Shown here: in pieces, positions 1 to 10,404 of the stretch
How positions within the stretch are numbered: position 1 is the stretch's first letter
Layout: the number at the start of each line of letters is the position of its first letter
Assembly (NCBI GenBank): GCA_039806005.1
Contig: JBDKLM010000044.1
Coordinates: 45,275 to 109,274 of the forward strand
DNA: 64,000 bases
From: Pseudomonadota bacterium
GTDB taxonomy: Bacteria; Pseudomonadota; Gammaproteobacteria; Burkholderiales; Burkholderiaceae_D
Direction: 5' to 3'
Made by a program: the position numbers and the translations under genes
Notes under the pieces: generated by a model
What the model was told of the DNA's origin: nothing
The model's input: the letters and a program-made list of their open reading frames with translations, nothing else
Databases searched by the model: none

Positions 1-528
1 CTGGGCGTCAAGCAGGATGCGATTCCCGGTTTCGTGCGCGACACCTGGTTCAAGGCAGAAAAAGTGGGTACCTATCGCGGCAACTGCTACGAGCTGTGCG
101 GCAAAGAGCATGCATTCATGCCTATCGTGGTGAACGTGGTCAGCGAAGAGGATTACGCCAAGTGGGTCGCCGACCAGAAGAAGGCGATGGCAGCCAATGC
201 GGATGACCCCAACAAGACCTGGACGGTCGCCGAGCTGGCTGCCCGTGGTGAAAAAGTGTACGCGGCCAATTGCGTTGCCTGCCACCAGGCCAACGGCAAG
301 GGCGTGCCCGGCGCATTTCCTGCGCTAGATGGGTCGCAAATGGTCAATGGTCCGCAAGATGGACAAATTGCGATTCTGCTCAATGGCAAGAACGCGATGC
401 CTTCATGGAAGGGCACTCTGTCTGACACCGAAATCGCTGCTGTCATCACTTACACACGTAACAACTGGTCCAACAAAGCTGACGACAACATCGTTCAGCC
501 CGCCGAAGTTCTGGCTGCGCGCAAGTAA
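1..528 (+). CDS. coxB: Cytochrome c oxidase subunit II with fused C-terminal cytochrome c domain (5'-truncated by window)
   Basis: Frame is open from base 1; CuA motif CYELCGKEHAFM; heme c motif CVACH; precedes coxA. Confidence 0.95.
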   Translation: MGVKQDAIPGFVRDTWFKAEKVGTYRGNCYELCGKEHAFMPIVVNVVSEEDYAKWVADQKKAMAANADDPNKTWTVAELAARGEKVYAANCVACHQANGKGVPGAFPALDGSQMVNGPQDGQIAILLNGKNAMPSWKGTLSDTEIAAVITYTRNNWSNKADDNIVQPAEVLAARK

Positions 529-552
529 TCGAGAAAAATCAGGAGAAACCCC

Positions 553-2148
553 ATGAGCACTACTCTGGATCACGCCCACGGTCACGCTGACCACGCGCAC
601 GACGATCATCATCCACACGGCTGGCGTCGCTGGCTGTATGCAACCAATCACAAGGACATCGGTACGCTGTACCTGTGGTTCTCGTTTGCGATGCTGTTGA
701 CCGGTGGCCTGCTCGCGCTGGGTATTCGCGCCGAGTTGTTCAAACCCGGTCTGCAACTGTTCCAGCCTGAGTTTTTCAATCAGCTGACCACCATGCATGG
801 TCTGATCATGGTGTTCGGCGCGATCATGCCGGCCTTTGTGGGTTTTGCGAACTGGATGATCCCGCTGCAGATCGGCGCTTCCGACATGGCCTTTGCGCGG
901 ATGAACAACTTCTCGTTCTGGCTGCTGCCACCTGCAGCGATCCTGCTGGTGTCGTCGTTCCTGATGCCCGGTGGTGCAACGGCTGCTGGCTGGACGCTGT
1001 ACGCACCGCTGTCGACCCAAATGGGCATCGGCATGGACATGGGTATTTTCGCGATGCACATCATGGGCGCATCGTCGATCATGGGTTCGATCAACATCAT
1101 CACCACCATCCTGAACATGCGCGCGCCTGGCATGACGCTGATGAAGATGCCGATGTTTGCCTGGACCTGGCTGATCACCGCCTACCTGCTGATCGCTGTG
1201 ATGCCTGTTCTGGCTGGCGCGATCACCATGACATTGACCGATCGTCATTTTGGCACTTCGTTCTTCAACGCCGCTGGTGGCGGTGACCCGGTGATGTATC
1301 AGCACATCTTCTGGTTCTTCGGTCACCCAGAGGTGTACATCATGATTCTGCCGGCTTTCGGTATCGTCTCGCAGATCATTCCGGCTTTTGCTCGCAAGCC
1401 TCTGTTTGGTTACGCATCGATGGTCTATGCGACCTCGTCGATCGCGATCCTCTCGTTCATCGTCTGGGCGCACCACATGTTTGCCACCGGTATGCCGGTG
1501 ACCAGCCAGTTGTTCTTCATGTACGCGACCATGCTGATCGCCGTGCCAACGGGCGTGAAAGTGTTCAACTGGATCGCAACGATGTGGAAAGGTTCGATGA
1601 CCTTTGAAACACCGATGCTGTGGGCAGTGGGCTTCATTTTCGTGTTCACCATGGGTGGTTTCACCGGCCTGATCTGCGCGATCACCCCGGTCGATATCCA
1701 GTTGCAGGACACTTACTATGTCGTTGCGCACTTCCACTACGTGCTGGTGGCAGGTTCGCTGTTTGCGCTGTTCGCAGGCTTCTACTACTGGGGTCCGAAG
1801 TGGACCGGTTTCATGTACAACGAAACCCGCGGCAAGATCCACTTCTGGGCATCGCTGATCACGTTCAACATAACTTTCTTCCCGATGCACTTCCTGGGCC
1901 TGGCCGGCATGCCACGTCGTTATGCCGACTATGCAGCGCAGTTCACCGACTTCAACATGATCGCGTCGATTGGTGCACTCGGTTTTGGTTTGTCTCAGGT
2001 GTACTTCCTGTTCTTCGTCGTGCTGCCCTCGATTCGTGGTGGCGAGAAGGCAGCAGCCAAGCCATGGGATGGTGCTGAAGGTCTGGAATGGACAGTGCCA
2101 AGTCCGGCACCGTTCCACACCTTTGAAACGCCGCCGACGGTGAAGTAA
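553..2148 (+). CDS. coxA: Cytochrome c oxidase subunit I (aa3 type)
   Basis: [15 protein letters not shown] and AHFHY heme/CuB motifs; 531 aa. Confidence 0.98.
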   Translation: MSTTLDHAHGHADHAHDDHHPHGWRRWLYATNHKDIGTLYLWFSFAMLLTGGLLALGIRAELFKPGLQLFQPEFFNQLTTMHGLIMVFGAIMPAFVGFANWMIPLQIGASDMAFARMNNFSFWLLPPAAILLVSSFLMPGGATAAGWTLYAPLSTQMGIGMDMGIFAMHIMGASSIMGSINIITTILNMRAPGMTLMKMPMFAWTWLITAYLLIAVMPVLAGAITMTLTDRHFGTSFFNAAGGGDPVMYQHIFWFFGHPEVYIMILPAFGIVSQIIPAFARKPLFGYASMVYATSSIAILSFIVWAHHMFATGMPVTSQLFFMYATMLIAVPTGVKVFNWIATMWKGSMTFETPMLWAVGFIFVFTMGGFTGLICAITPVDIQLQDTYYVVAHFHYVLVAGSLFALFAGFYYWGPKWTGFMYNETRGKIHFWASLITFNITFFPMHFLGLAGMPRRYADYAAQFTDFNMIASIGALGFGLSQVYFLFFVVLPSIRGGEKAAAKPWDGAEGLEWTVPSPAPFHTFETPPTVK

Positions 2149-2195
2149 TTCTGTTGATCCGGCGGCGTATGCCGCCGGTAACGTACAAGGTGTCC

Positions 2196-2306
2196 ATGTC
2201 TGAACAAAACAAGTCGCGCAACTTGCGCACCGCGCTGATACTTCTGTCGGTTGCGGTGGTATTTTTTGCAGGCGTCATTCTCAAGCACTCGCTGTTTGCG
2301 CACTGA
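2196..2306 (+). CDS. Small single-TM cytochrome oxidase assembly-associated peptide (36 aa)
   Basis: Hand-translated MSEQNKSRNLRTALILLSVAVVFFAGVILKHSLFAH; basic N-terminus plus one TM; fills the coxA-ctaG gap. Confidence 0.75.
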   Translation: MSEQNKSRNLRTALILLSVAVVFFAGVILKHSLFAH

Positions 2307-2308
2307 GC

Positions 2309-2875
2309 ATGTCGGCTAGCGGGCAGGAAGGCAGCCAGCGCCGCAGTCGCAGGAATGTGCGAATGCTTGGCAAGCTGCTGGTAGTAGCGGTACTGATGTT
2401 TGGCTTCGGCTACTCGCTGGTGCCTTTGTACAAGAAAATTTGCGAGATCACCGGCATTAACGTGCTGGCGGTGCAGGAAACAGTGAACGTGCGGCCGTCG
2501 AATACGCAAATCGACACCAGCCGAACGATCACCGTGGAATTTGATGCCAACACCACCGGTCCCTGGCGATTCAAGCCAGCGGTATCGAGTATTCAGGTGC
2601 ACCCGGGTGAAATGGCGCAGGTGGTGTACGAGGTTGTAAATACGCAGGGCAGAGCGATGGAGGCTCAGGCAATCCCCAGCTATGCCCCGCAAGAAGCGGC
2701 AGCGCATTTCAAAAAGATGGAATGCTTCTGCTTCAAGCAACAAACGCTGGCGCCCAATGAGGCGCGGCAAATGCCGGTAAGTTTTTATATCGATCCGGCG
2801 TTGCCAAAGAATGTAAAAACGATCACGCTCTCCTATACCTTTTTTGAGGTCGGCGCGGCAGGCAAGGCAAGCTGA
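2309..2875 (+). CDS. ctaG: Cytochrome c oxidase assembly protein Cox11/CtaG
   Basis: VPLYKKICEITG and KMECFCF copper motifs. Confidence 0.95.
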   Translation: MSASGQEGSQRRSRRNVRMLGKLLVVAVLMFGFGYSLVPLYKKICEITGINVLAVQETVNVRPSNTQIDTSRTITVEFDANTTGPWRFKPAVSSIQVHPGEMAQVVYEVVNTQGRAMEAQAIPSYAPQEAAAHFKKMECFCFKQQTLAPNEARQMPVSFYIDPALPKNVKTITLSYTFFEVGAAGKAS

Positions 2876-2889
2876 AAGGCAGTGATCGC

Positions 2890-3105
2890 ATGGATGATTT
2901 GAAAGAAGCAAGCCGGCGACGCATGTCGTTTTTTGCCACGGTGAAAGCGGTGATGTGGTCTTTTTTTGGTGTGCGCAAAAAAAGTGCGTACGAGGAAGAC
3001 ACGCAAACGCTTAATCCGGTGCATGTGATCATCGCAGGGATTATTGCAGCAGTGTTGTTTGTATTGACGCTGCTGATGTTGGTGAAATGGGTCGTGGCGA
3101 AATAA
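2890..3105 (+). CDS. DUF2970-like small membrane protein
   Basis: AVMWSFFGVRK and NPVHVIIAGII motifs; typical position in cox cluster. Confidence 0.8.
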   Translation: MDDLKEASRRRMSFFATVKAVMWSFFGVRKKSAYEEDTQTLNPVHVIIAGIIAAVLFVLTLLMLVKWVVAK

Positions 3106-3164
3106 GCTCAAACAATTTTCGCGGCCAGCAGTTTATTTTTGAACATCGTAATCAGGGGAAGCAG

Positions 3165-4025
3165 ATGAGTACTCAACAAGGCCAAGCGCCGTATTACTTT
3201 GTACCCGGGCCATCCCAATGGCCTGTGCTGATGGGCGCGGCATTGCTCGTCACCATGGCCGGCGCATCCGCATGGGTCAATGGCATTGGCTGGGGCAAAG
3301 CCGTTAATATCGCCGGTATTCTTTCCGCGTTGGTCGTACTGTATTACTGGTTTGGCGATGCGATCGCCGAATCCGAAGGCGGCATGTACAACGCGCGTAT
3401 CGACACGTCATACCGCTGGAGCATGAGCTGGTTCATCTTCTCCGAAGTGATGTTTTTCAGTGCTTTCTTCGGCGCCCTGTTTTATGCGCGCTCTATCACC
3501 ATGCCCTGGCTGGCGGATCTGGACCACAAGATTCTCTGGCCTGACTTTGCCGCCCACTGGGGGAATACCGGCCCTGCAGGCGTGATTGAGAAATTCGAGA
3601 CCATGGGTCCTTTCTGGATCCCGACAATCAACACGGCATTGCTGCTGACCTCGGGCGTGACGCTGACCATTGCCCACCACGCGCTGCGTGAAGGGGACCG
3701 CAACAAGACAGCGATCTGGTTGTTTGCCACCATTTTGCTGGGTGCGATCTTCATGGGTTGCCAGGCGTATGAATATGCGCATGCTTACAGCGAGCTGAAC
3801 CTGAAACTGACCTCAGGCATTTACGGTTCTACTTTCTTCATGCTGACTGGTTTCCACGGTTTCCACGTCACCATGGGTGCGATCATGTTGTCCGTTGTTC
3901 TGTATCGTGTACTCAAGGGCCACTTTACGCCAGACCATCATTTCGCTTTTGAAGGTGCTGCATGGTACTGGCACTTTGTTGACGTCGTGTGGCTTGGTCT
4001 TTACGTCGTCGTTTACTGGTTGTAA
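3165..4025 (+). CDS. coxC: Cytochrome c oxidase subunit III
   Basis: WFIFSEVMFF, TGFHGFHV and WYWHFVDVVW; start placed at ATG 3165 after SD-like GGGG. Confidence 0.95.
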   Translation: MSTQQGQAPYYFVPGPSQWPVLMGAALLVTMAGASAWVNGIGWGKAVNIAGILSALVVLYYWFGDAIAESEGGMYNARIDTSYRWSMSWFIFSEVMFFSAFFGALFYARSITMPWLADLDHKILWPDFAAHWGNTGPAGVIEKFETMGPFWIPTINTALLLTSGVTLTIAHHALREGDRNKTAIWLFATILLGAIFMGCQAYEYAHAYSELNLKLTSGIYGSTFFMLTGFHGFHVTMGAIMLSVVLYRVLKGHFTPDHHFAFEGAAWYWHFVDVVWLGLYVVVYWL

Positions 4026-4040
4026 ATGCCGCAAGCATGA

Positions 4041-4068
4041 AAAAAGCCGCACTTCGGTGCGGCTTTTT
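4041..4068. terminator. Bidirectional intrinsic terminator
   Basis: AAAAAGCCGCAC-TTCG-GTGCGGCTTTTT between convergent genes. Confidence 0.85.
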
Positions 4069-4130
4069 GTTCATATGGGCCATTAAACGCGTGGAATGTA
4101 TCTACATCTCGCGCATGGCAAGTGCGCTGC

Positions 4131-4334
4131 TCAGTAGGCAATACCTGTCGGTTGTATCCATCCCAGCCTGTTTGCCACCAGAATCAGTACAAACAGCAAA
4201 ATGGAAAAGCCGACCCGAAACGCAAGCGCCTGCACGGTACGGTTGCTGCGTCCTTTATCCCGCATCAGAAACACCAGAGCCGATGCGAGACTGCCGATGA
4301 TGAGGATGAAGGCAATGCCAACCAGAATTTTCAT
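4131..4334 (-). CDS. Twin-transmembrane-helix small protein (DUF2909-like), 67 aa
   Basis: MKILVGIAFILIIGSLASALVFLMRDKGRSNRTVQALAFRVGFSILLF; two TMs; antisense position typical of cox clusters. Confidence 0.85.
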   Translation of the reverse strand: MKILVGIAFILIIGSLASALVFLMRDKGRSNRTVQALAFRVGFSILLFVLILVANRLGWIQPTGIAY

Positions 4335-4406
4335 GATGAATCGCGCCGGGCATCGCCAGCGCACCGGCAAGACCGTCGACCTTAATTTATTGAACGCGCC
4401 ATTGTA

Positions 4407-5129
4407 ATGCGATTGCACTTTCGTCTGCGCTGGATACCGCTGATGGCAACCCTGGTGGTGGCGGGGATAGGTATCGCGCTGGGTAATTGGCAAACCCGAC
4501 GCGCGGAAGAAAAAATTGCGATGGCAGAAGCCATTGCCGCGCGTAGTCAGCTAGATCCACTGCCCCTCAAGACCCTGTCCGAAAATGCAGTGCCCGAAGA
4601 ATTCAGACCCATCACCGTCGACGGCAACTTTGTTGGGGACTGGTCGATATATCTGGAGAACCGTCCTTTGAATGGCAAGGCCGGGTTCTATCTATTGACG
4701 CCCTTGCGCGTGTCAGGCAGCGAGCGCGTGGTGCTGGTACAGCGCGGTTGGTTTCCGCGCGATCCTCAGGATCGCCAGCGTCTGCCCAGTATTCCGGTAC
4801 CCCAGAATGAGGTAAAAATTACTGGCCGGGTGCGCACCTCGATTGGAAAGCTGATGCAATTGGGTGAAACGCCGGTACTGACGCCGGGAGTGATTGCGCA
4901 GAACGTCAGTATTGAAGCGCTGGCCGCTGCAAGCAAACTCCCGCTGCAAAATTTTATAATCGAGCAAACGAATGAAGTCGGTGATGGTCTTGTTCGCGAC
5001 TGGCCATTGCCCTCAGCCGGTGTCGACACCCACCGTGCCTATGCATTTCAGTGGTACGCCCTGTCGGCTGCTGCTTTTCTGTTTTTTATCGTGACTGGAT
5101 TTCGCCGTGCAAGCAAGCCAAACGCCTGA
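4407..5129 (+). CDS. surf1: SURF1/Shy1 family cytochrome oxidase biogenesis protein
   Basis: LGNWQTRRA, VLVQRGW and HRAYAFQWY motifs. Confidence 0.93.
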   Translation: MRLHFRLRWIPLMATLVVAGIGIALGNWQTRRAEEKIAMAEAIAARSQLDPLPLKTLSENAVPEEFRPITVDGNFVGDWSIYLENRPLNGKAGFYLLTPLRVSGSERVVLVQRGWFPRDPQDRQRLPSIPVPQNEVKITGRVRTSIGKLMQLGETPVLTPGVIAQNVSIEALAAASKLPLQNFIIEQTNEVGDGLVRDWPLPSAGVDTHRAYAFQWYALSAAAFLFFIVTGFRRASKPNA

Positions 5130-5721
5130 GCCAAAACCTGCAGATAGCGGCAAACGCAGTAATCGCATGCTCTTCATCGTGCTCGCCGTGTGCGCGGCAC
5201 CGCTGATTTTTTCTTACTTCACTTACTACGTTATCAAGCCGCAGAGCCGCACAAATTATGGCGATCTGATCGATCCACGTGCTTATCCGATACCCGAGCT
5301 CGGCCTCAAACAACTCGATGGTGAACCAGCGGCACTACAGCAATTCGCCGGAAAATGGATTTTGCTTCAAGTGGATCAGGCCGCGTGTGCCAAACCCTGT
5401 ACCGACAAGCTCTACTACATGCGGCAGCTGCGTCTGACGCAGGGCAAGGAAATGGATCGTATCGAGCGCGTGTGGCTGATCACCGATGACGCACCTCTCG
5501 ATACTGCCTTGATGAAGCAATACGATGGGACGCATCTGCTGCGTGTCGATGCAAAAAAACTCGCGGCCTGGTTGCCCGTACAAGAGGGCACACAAGCGGC
5601 AGATCATCTGTACATGATCGACCCGCTCGGCAATCTGATGATGCGCTTTCCCAAAGATCCGGATGCCAACAAAATCAAGAAAGACATCACCCGCTTGCTC
5701 AAGGCTTCTCGCATAGGATGA
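5107..5721 (+). CDS. SCO-like thioredoxin-fold membrane-anchored protein
   Basis: N-terminal TM, CAKPC (CxxxC) motif, C-terminal LYMIDPLGNLMMRF; cox cluster context. Confidence 0.75.
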   Translation: MQASQTPEPKPADSGKRSNRMLFIVLAVCAAPLIFSYFTYYVIKPQSRTNYGDLIDPRAYPIPELGLKQLDGEPAALQQFAGKWILLQVDQAACAKPCTDKLYYMRQLRLTQGKEMDRIERVWLITDDAPLDTALMKQYDGTHLLRVDAKKLAAWLPVQEGTQAADHLYMIDPLGNLMMRFPKDPDANKIKKDITRLLKASRIG

Positions 5722-5725
5722 TTCC

Positions 5726-6829
5726 ATGCTGATCGGACTTGCAATCAAAGCCTTGCTTGTGGCCCTGATACCGGCAACGATAGTTTATTTGTCGCGTGGT
5801 TCGGATCGCTACAAAAAACTCGCTTGGGTTACCGTGTTTTTTACCTTCGATCTGATTGTCTTTGGTGCTTTCACGCGGCTCACCGATTCCGGCCTCGGCT
5901 GTCCGGACTGGCCTGGCTGTTATGGCGAGGCCAATCCCTTTCTAGCCCATCAAGATATTCGCGCTGCCGAGACCCTGATGCCAACCGGTCCGGTTACAGT
6001 GTTCAAAGCTTGGATAGAAATGATTCATCGTTACCTAGCCATGGGTGTGGGTGTGCTGATCATTGCCTCGCTCGTGATCGGATGGCGGCTCTGGCGGTCG
6101 CATCATGTATCGCGCTATGCGCCGAAACTGCCGGCTTTCCTATTGTTCTTTGTGTGCCTGCAGGGCGCATTTGGCGCGTGGACCGTCACGCTGAAACTGC
6201 AACCGGTGATCGTGACCACGCATCTCTTGCTCGGTTTGTCGCTGCTGGCGCTGTTGACCTGGCATGCGTTGCGACAAAGCGAGCAATTACCTGTGGCTGA
6301 TATCGCGAGCGCACTGCGCCTTCCCGCAGCGCTGGCGCTATGCGCAGCATTTATACAAATTGCCTTGGGTGGTTGGGTCAGTACCAACTACGCGGCACTC
6401 GCGTGCGGTGGTTTTCCTTTGTGTCAGGGAGCTTGGATGCCGAGCATGGATTTCACTCATGGCTTCACCCTCTGGCGAGCTTTGGGCATGACCGCCGCCG
6501 GCGACTACCTGCCCTTTGATGCGCTGATCGCGATTCACTGGGTGCATCGCGTATTTGCCCTCATCGTCGTGGGTCTGGTGGCGTGGATCGCGCATCGCGC
6601 CTGGAAAACGCCCGGCACAGAGCGATTGGGTCGCGCCTTGCTGTGGCTGATACTGCTGCAGTTTTGCACAGGTATGGCCACCGTCTTGCTTGATTGGCCG
6701 CTCACCATCGCTGTGCTGCATAACGCGGGTGCAGCCCTGCTGGTGCTCTTGCTCACCATGCTAAACTACCGTCTCTCTCAGCCTGTGGAAAAGGCCGCCG
6801 AATTCCGGGCCAGCCACTCGCCCGCATGA
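5726..6829 (+). CDS. ctaA: Heme A synthase (COX15/CtaA)
   Basis: GLGCPDWPGC, WIEMIHRY, VTTHLL and IHWVHR motifs. Confidence 0.93.
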   Translation: MLIGLAIKALLVALIPATIVYLSRGSDRYKKLAWVTVFFTFDLIVFGAFTRLTDSGLGCPDWPGCYGEANPFLAHQDIRAAETLMPTGPVTVFKAWIEMIHRYLAMGVGVLIIASLVIGWRLWRSHHVSRYAPKLPAFLLFFVCLQGAFGAWTVTLKLQPVIVTTHLLLGLSLLALLTWHALRQSEQLPVADIASALRLPAALALCAAFIQIALGGWVSTNYAALACGGFPLCQGAWMPSMDFTHGFTLWRALGMTAAGDYLPFDALIAIHWVHRVFALIVVGLVAWIAHRAWKTPGTERLGRALLWLILLQFCTGMATVLLDWPLTIAVLHNAGAALLVLLLTMLNYRLSQPVEKAAEFRASHSPA

Positions 6830-6839
6830 TTGATCTGTC

Positions 6840-7724
6840 ATGACCACCCTCACCGTTCAACCTAATCGTATTGCACAGTACTGGGCGCTGACCAAGCCCC
6901 GTGTCACGCAATTGGCCGTTTTTTGTGCCGTGATCGGGATGTTCCTTGCAAGTCCCGAGCTGCCTGATTGGCATTTGCTGATAGCCGCCACGGTGGGCAT
7001 CTGGCTGCTGGCGGGTGCTGCGTTTGCGGTGAATTGTCTGGTTGAGCGCGAAATCGATTCGCGCATGGCGCGCACTGCTCGTCGACCCATGGCCAGAGGC
7101 GAGATCACCGTACCGCAAACCCTGGCATTCTCGGGCGTGATTGGTGGCGCCGGCATGTGGGTGCTGTACAACCTCGTCAATCCGCTGACGATGTGGCTGA
7201 CCTTCGCTACCTTTGTCGGGTACGCGGTCATTTACACCATCATTCTCAAACCAGCGACGCCACAAAATATTGTGATCGGTGGTTTGTCGGGTGCCATGCC
7301 ACCCGCACTGGGTTGGGCAGCGATTGCCAATGACGTGCCCATGCAAGCCTGGATACTGGTGCTGATCATTTTCGTCTGGACACCGCCGCATTTCTGGGCG
7401 CTTGCGCTCTATCGCCGCGATGATTATGCAAAATCCGGTTTGCCCATGCTGCCCATTACGCATGGCATGGAGTTCACGCGTTTTCATGTCTGGCTCTATA
7501 CCATCATTTTGTTCGCCACCACCATGCTGCCGTTCGCTGTGCGCATGAGTGGCCTGATTTATCTGGTGAGTGCGGTCATACTGGGTGCCATTTTTCTCTG
7601 GTATGCGTGGCGTATTTACCGTCATTACAATGACCTCATCGCACGCAAGGCATTTACCTACTCGATCATTTATCTGTCGTTGCTCTTTGCAGCGCTCTTG
7701 ATCGATCACTATCTGCGCTTCTGA
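6840..7724 (+). CDS. cyoE: Protoheme IX farnesyltransferase (heme O synthase)
   Basis: [17 protein letters not shown] and [10 protein letters not shown] motifs. Confidence 0.95.
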   Translation: MTTLTVQPNRIAQYWALTKPRVTQLAVFCAVIGMFLASPELPDWHLLIAATVGIWLLAGAAFAVNCLVEREIDSRMARTARRPMARGEITVPQTLAFSGVIGGAGMWVLYNLVNPLTMWLTFATFVGYAVIYTIILKPATPQNIVIGGLSGAMPPALGWAAIANDVPMQAWILVLIIFVWTPPHFWALALYRRDDYAKSGLPMLPITHGMEFTRFHVWLYTIILFATTMLPFAVRMSGLIYLVSAVILGAIFLWYAWRIYRHYNDLIARKAFTYSIIYLSLLFAALLIDHYLRF

Positions 7725-7726
7725 CC

Positions 7727-8335
7727 ATGAGCAAGTTGTTGCTTCCACTGGCCTTGATGTTGGCTTGCGCGTTGAACTTGTCTGCCTGCGATCACAAAGG
7801 TGTGCCCTTGCCCAAAACGGTGTTTGCCAATACCGATATCACGGGTCTCGACTACGGCAAGGATTTTGCGCTCACCGATCACAACGGCAAGCCGCGCACG
7901 ATGGCAGATTTTCGTGGCAAGCTCGTGTTTGTTTTTTTCGGTTATACACACTGCCCGGATATTTGCCCGACGACCTTGTCCGACATGACCGGCATTATGA
8001 AAGCGCTGGGACCGGACGCCGACAAACTGCAAGTTTTGTTCATCACACTCGATCCTGAGCGCGATACGCCTGAAGTGATGGCGGGATTCGTACCTGCATT
8101 TCATCCTTCGTTTCTGGGTCTTTACGGCGACCGGCCCGCGACTGAAAAAGTGGCGCGCGATTTCAAAATTTTCCAGCAGCGTGTGCCAGGGTCAGATGGC
8201 AAGAGCTACACCATTGATCACACTGCGGCGAGCTATGTATTTGATACGCGGGGCAATCTGCGCTTGTTTGTGCGGCACGGGCAGAATGGCGCGCCACTGC
8301 TCAATGACTTGAAGTTGCTGCTGTCCGAAAATTAG
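7727..8335 (+). CDS. sco1: SCO1/SenC copper chaperone (lipoprotein)
   Basis: Lipobox LSAC; FGYTHCPDICP; IDHTA. Confidence 0.93.
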   Translation: MSKLLLPLALMLACALNLSACDHKGVPLPKTVFANTDITGLDYGKDFALTDHNGKPRTMADFRGKLVFVFFGYTHCPDICPTTLSDMTGIMKALGPDADKLQVLFITLDPERDTPEVMAGFVPAFHPSFLGLYGDRPATEKVARDFKIFQQRVPGSDGKSYTIDHTAASYVFDTRGNLRLFVRHGQNGAPLLNDLKLLLSEN

Positions 8336-8354
8336 TCAGCATTGAATCGGCATG

Positions 8355-8386
8355 AAAAAAGCGCCTCGACATGTCGAGGCGCTTTT
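8355..8386. terminator. Bidirectional intrinsic terminator between sco1 and rpoH
   Basis: AAAAAAGCGCCTCGACATGTCGAGGCGCTTTT palindrome. Confidence 0.85.
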
Positions 8387-8406
8387 CGTTGGTGGCGCTG
8401 AAAACT

Positions 8407-9306
8407 TTATGCGTACTCAGCCAGTGCTGATTTCATTTTCTTCATCGCAGCGACTTCAATCTGGCGTATGCGTTCGGCCGAGACACCAAATTCGGCCGCG
8501 AGTTCATGCAAGGTCGCACCCGAGCCATCATCATTGGCCAGCCAGCGCGCTTCAACGATTCGACGTGAACGATCATCCAGCTTTGAGAGTGCAGCTTCCA
8601 GTCCTTCGGACTGGAGACGGTCGCGTTGTTTTGCTTCCAGTACTTTGGTTGGCTCGGAATGCTCAGCGGACAGATAGCCAATCGGCGAGAGGCGATCGTC
8701 TTCATCATCGCTGGGCGATTCCAGCGCGATGTCGCGGCCACCCATGCGCGTTTCCATTTCGATGACCTCTTCGCGTTTGACGTTCAGAGTTTTTGCCAGG
8801 GCATCCACCTGATCTGGTGTCATCGTATCCAGACCGGATTTGTGGCTGCGCAGATTGAAGAACAGCTTGCGCTGGGCTTTGGTCGTCGCCAGCTTGACCA
8901 TGCGCCAGTTGCGCAAAATGTATTCGTGAATTTCTGCTTTGATCCAGTGCATCGCATACGACACCAGGCGCACGCCTTGCTCCGGGTCGAAGCGCTTGAC
9001 GGCTTTCATCAGGCCGACATTACCTTCCTGAATCAGATCGGCATGCGGCAGGCCGTAGCCCAGATAGCCGCGTGCAATCGATACCACCAGTCGCAGATGC
9101 GACATCACCAGTGCCTGCGCCGCAGCGAGATCGGCCTTATCGCGCAACTGACGCGCGAGCGAGACCTCTTCCTCCTGCGTGAGCATCGGGAGTCGGTTCA
9201 CGGTTGAGATATAAGCATCCAGATTGCCAAGGCTGCCGGGAAAGCCGAGAGCCAGTGCCTGACGATCAGCCGGCACAAGTGCGGACGATGCGGACAAAGC
9301 TGTCAT
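8407..9306 (-). CDS. rpoH: RNA polymerase sigma-32 factor
   Basis: DLIQEGNVGLMKAVKRF; RpoH box ATTKAQRKLFFNLR. Confidence 0.97.
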   Translation of the reverse strand: MTALSASSALVPADRQALALGFPGSLGNLDAYISTVNRLPMLTQEEEVSLARQLRDKADLAAAQALVMSHLRLVVSIARGYLGYGLPHADLIQEGNVGLMKAVKRFDPEQGVRLVSYAMHWIKAEIHEYILRNWRMVKLATTKAQRKLFFNLRSHKSGLDTMTPDQVDALAKTLNVKREEVIEMETRMGGRDIALESPSDDEDDRLSPIGYLSAEHSEPTKVLEAKQRDRLQSEGLEAALSKLDDRSRRIVEARWLANDDGSGATLHELAAEFGVSAERIRQIEVAAMKKMKSALAEYA

Positions 9307-9379
9307 TGTTTCTCCTTAATGGGTGGTTTGCACCCGAAAGCTGCTTTCAGGGGCTGGATTCGCCCTTACAGACTCAATA

Positions 9380-9406
9380 TTAGCACTCTCATGGACTGAG
9401 TGCTAA
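9380..9406. promoter_or_regulatory. CIRCE element (HrcA operator) upstream of rpoH
   Basis: Exact TTAGCACTC-N9-GAGTGCTAA (spacer TCATGGACT), 74 bp upstream of the rpoH start. Confidence 0.95.
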
Positions 9407-9480
9407 TCCTGATCGAGGGGGTATCGAGGACGACAAATATTGTCAAATATGAAGTGCCGCTGGCCTTGCAGCGCGAGGTG

Positions 9481-10404
9481 TCACCCGGGCTGGCGCAGGG
9501 AGCGCCGGACCGAGAGGGCGGCTCCCAGCACACCCAGAGCCGCGCTGCCGGCCAACAGCATGCCCGTGGTGCTGGCAGGCAGGGGTGCGAGTCGGAAAGG
9601 GGAACCGTATAGCGCTGCCAGCTGCATGACGGAGGTGTTGAGCATTATCATGGCCAGCATCACGCCCGCTAGCGCGAGTGCGCCAGCGGACAGTCCCAGA
9701 ATCGCGCCGGTGTAATAAAAGGGGCGGGACACGAAGGCATCGGTGGCGCCCAGCAGCCGGGATACTGCGATCTCTTCCGACTGGGTCAGCACCTGCAACC
9801 TTATGGTGTTGAAGACCACGGCCAGCACCACGCCGCAGAGCGTGACCGCCAACAGCCAGAGCACCGTGGTGGCGAGCGTCATCAGCGCAGCCAATCGCTT
9901 GACCCAGGCCGAGTCCATTTGCACTATTTCGACGCCGGATAACTTGCCTATCCCGGTAGCGAGTTTTTCGATGCGCGATGCGCCGGCAGCATCTTCGGCG
10001 CTGGCCAGCTTGAGCACATACGCGTCCGGTAGCGGGTTGTTCCCCAGAGTCGCCACGACATCGCCCAGCCCCGCGCGTTGTTTAAGGGAATCCAGGGCCT
10101 TGTCGCGCGAAATGAATTCCACTTTGGCCTTCAGCTGTTCGCGCTGTATCAGGTTGCGTATCTCATCACCTATTGCCTGTGTACGACCACCCGGAATATC
10201 GGTAGCCAGAAAAACGCTGATCTCCGGCTCCACGGCGATGCCTTGCGAGACTGGGCGCACATTGTCGAGCAAAGTCAGACCCGCCAGCGGCAACACCAGA
10301 GCCAGCGCAATCACCAGCACATTGAAAATGAAGCTGCCCGGCGCAGCCGTAATGCGCGCGAGCGCTGCGCGAAATGCAAAGCCATGCTCCCTGAAAAATT
10401 TCAT
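9481..10404 (-). CDS. ftsX: Cell division permease FtsX
   Basis: GNNPLPDAY, VFNTIRL, LLGAT..FV.RPF; 4-TM layout; follows ftsE. Confidence 0.92.
   Translation of the reverse strand: MKFFREHGFAFRAALARITAAPGSFIFNVLVIALALVLPLAGLTLLDNVRPVSQGIAVEPEISVFLATDIPGGRTQAIGDEIRNLIQREQLKAKVEFISRDKALDSLKQRAGLGDVVATLGNNPLPDAYVLKLASAEDAAGASRIEKLATGIGKLSGVEIVQMDSAWVKRLAALMTLATTVLWLLAVTLCGVVLAVVFNTIRLQVLTQSEEIAVSRLLGATDAFVSRPFYYTGAILGLSAGALALAGVMLAMIMLNTSVMQLAALYGSPFRLAPLPASTTGMLLAGSAALGVLGAALSVRRSLRQPG

Noticed and set aside
403-2118. 571-aa antisense ORF over coxA, and similar long shadow ORFs (e.g. 31567-33291, 33944-35104, 36719-37750, 40226-41341)
   Set aside because: They lie wholly opposite well-supported genes, have no recognizable motifs, and are expected from codon bias in GC-rich genes.
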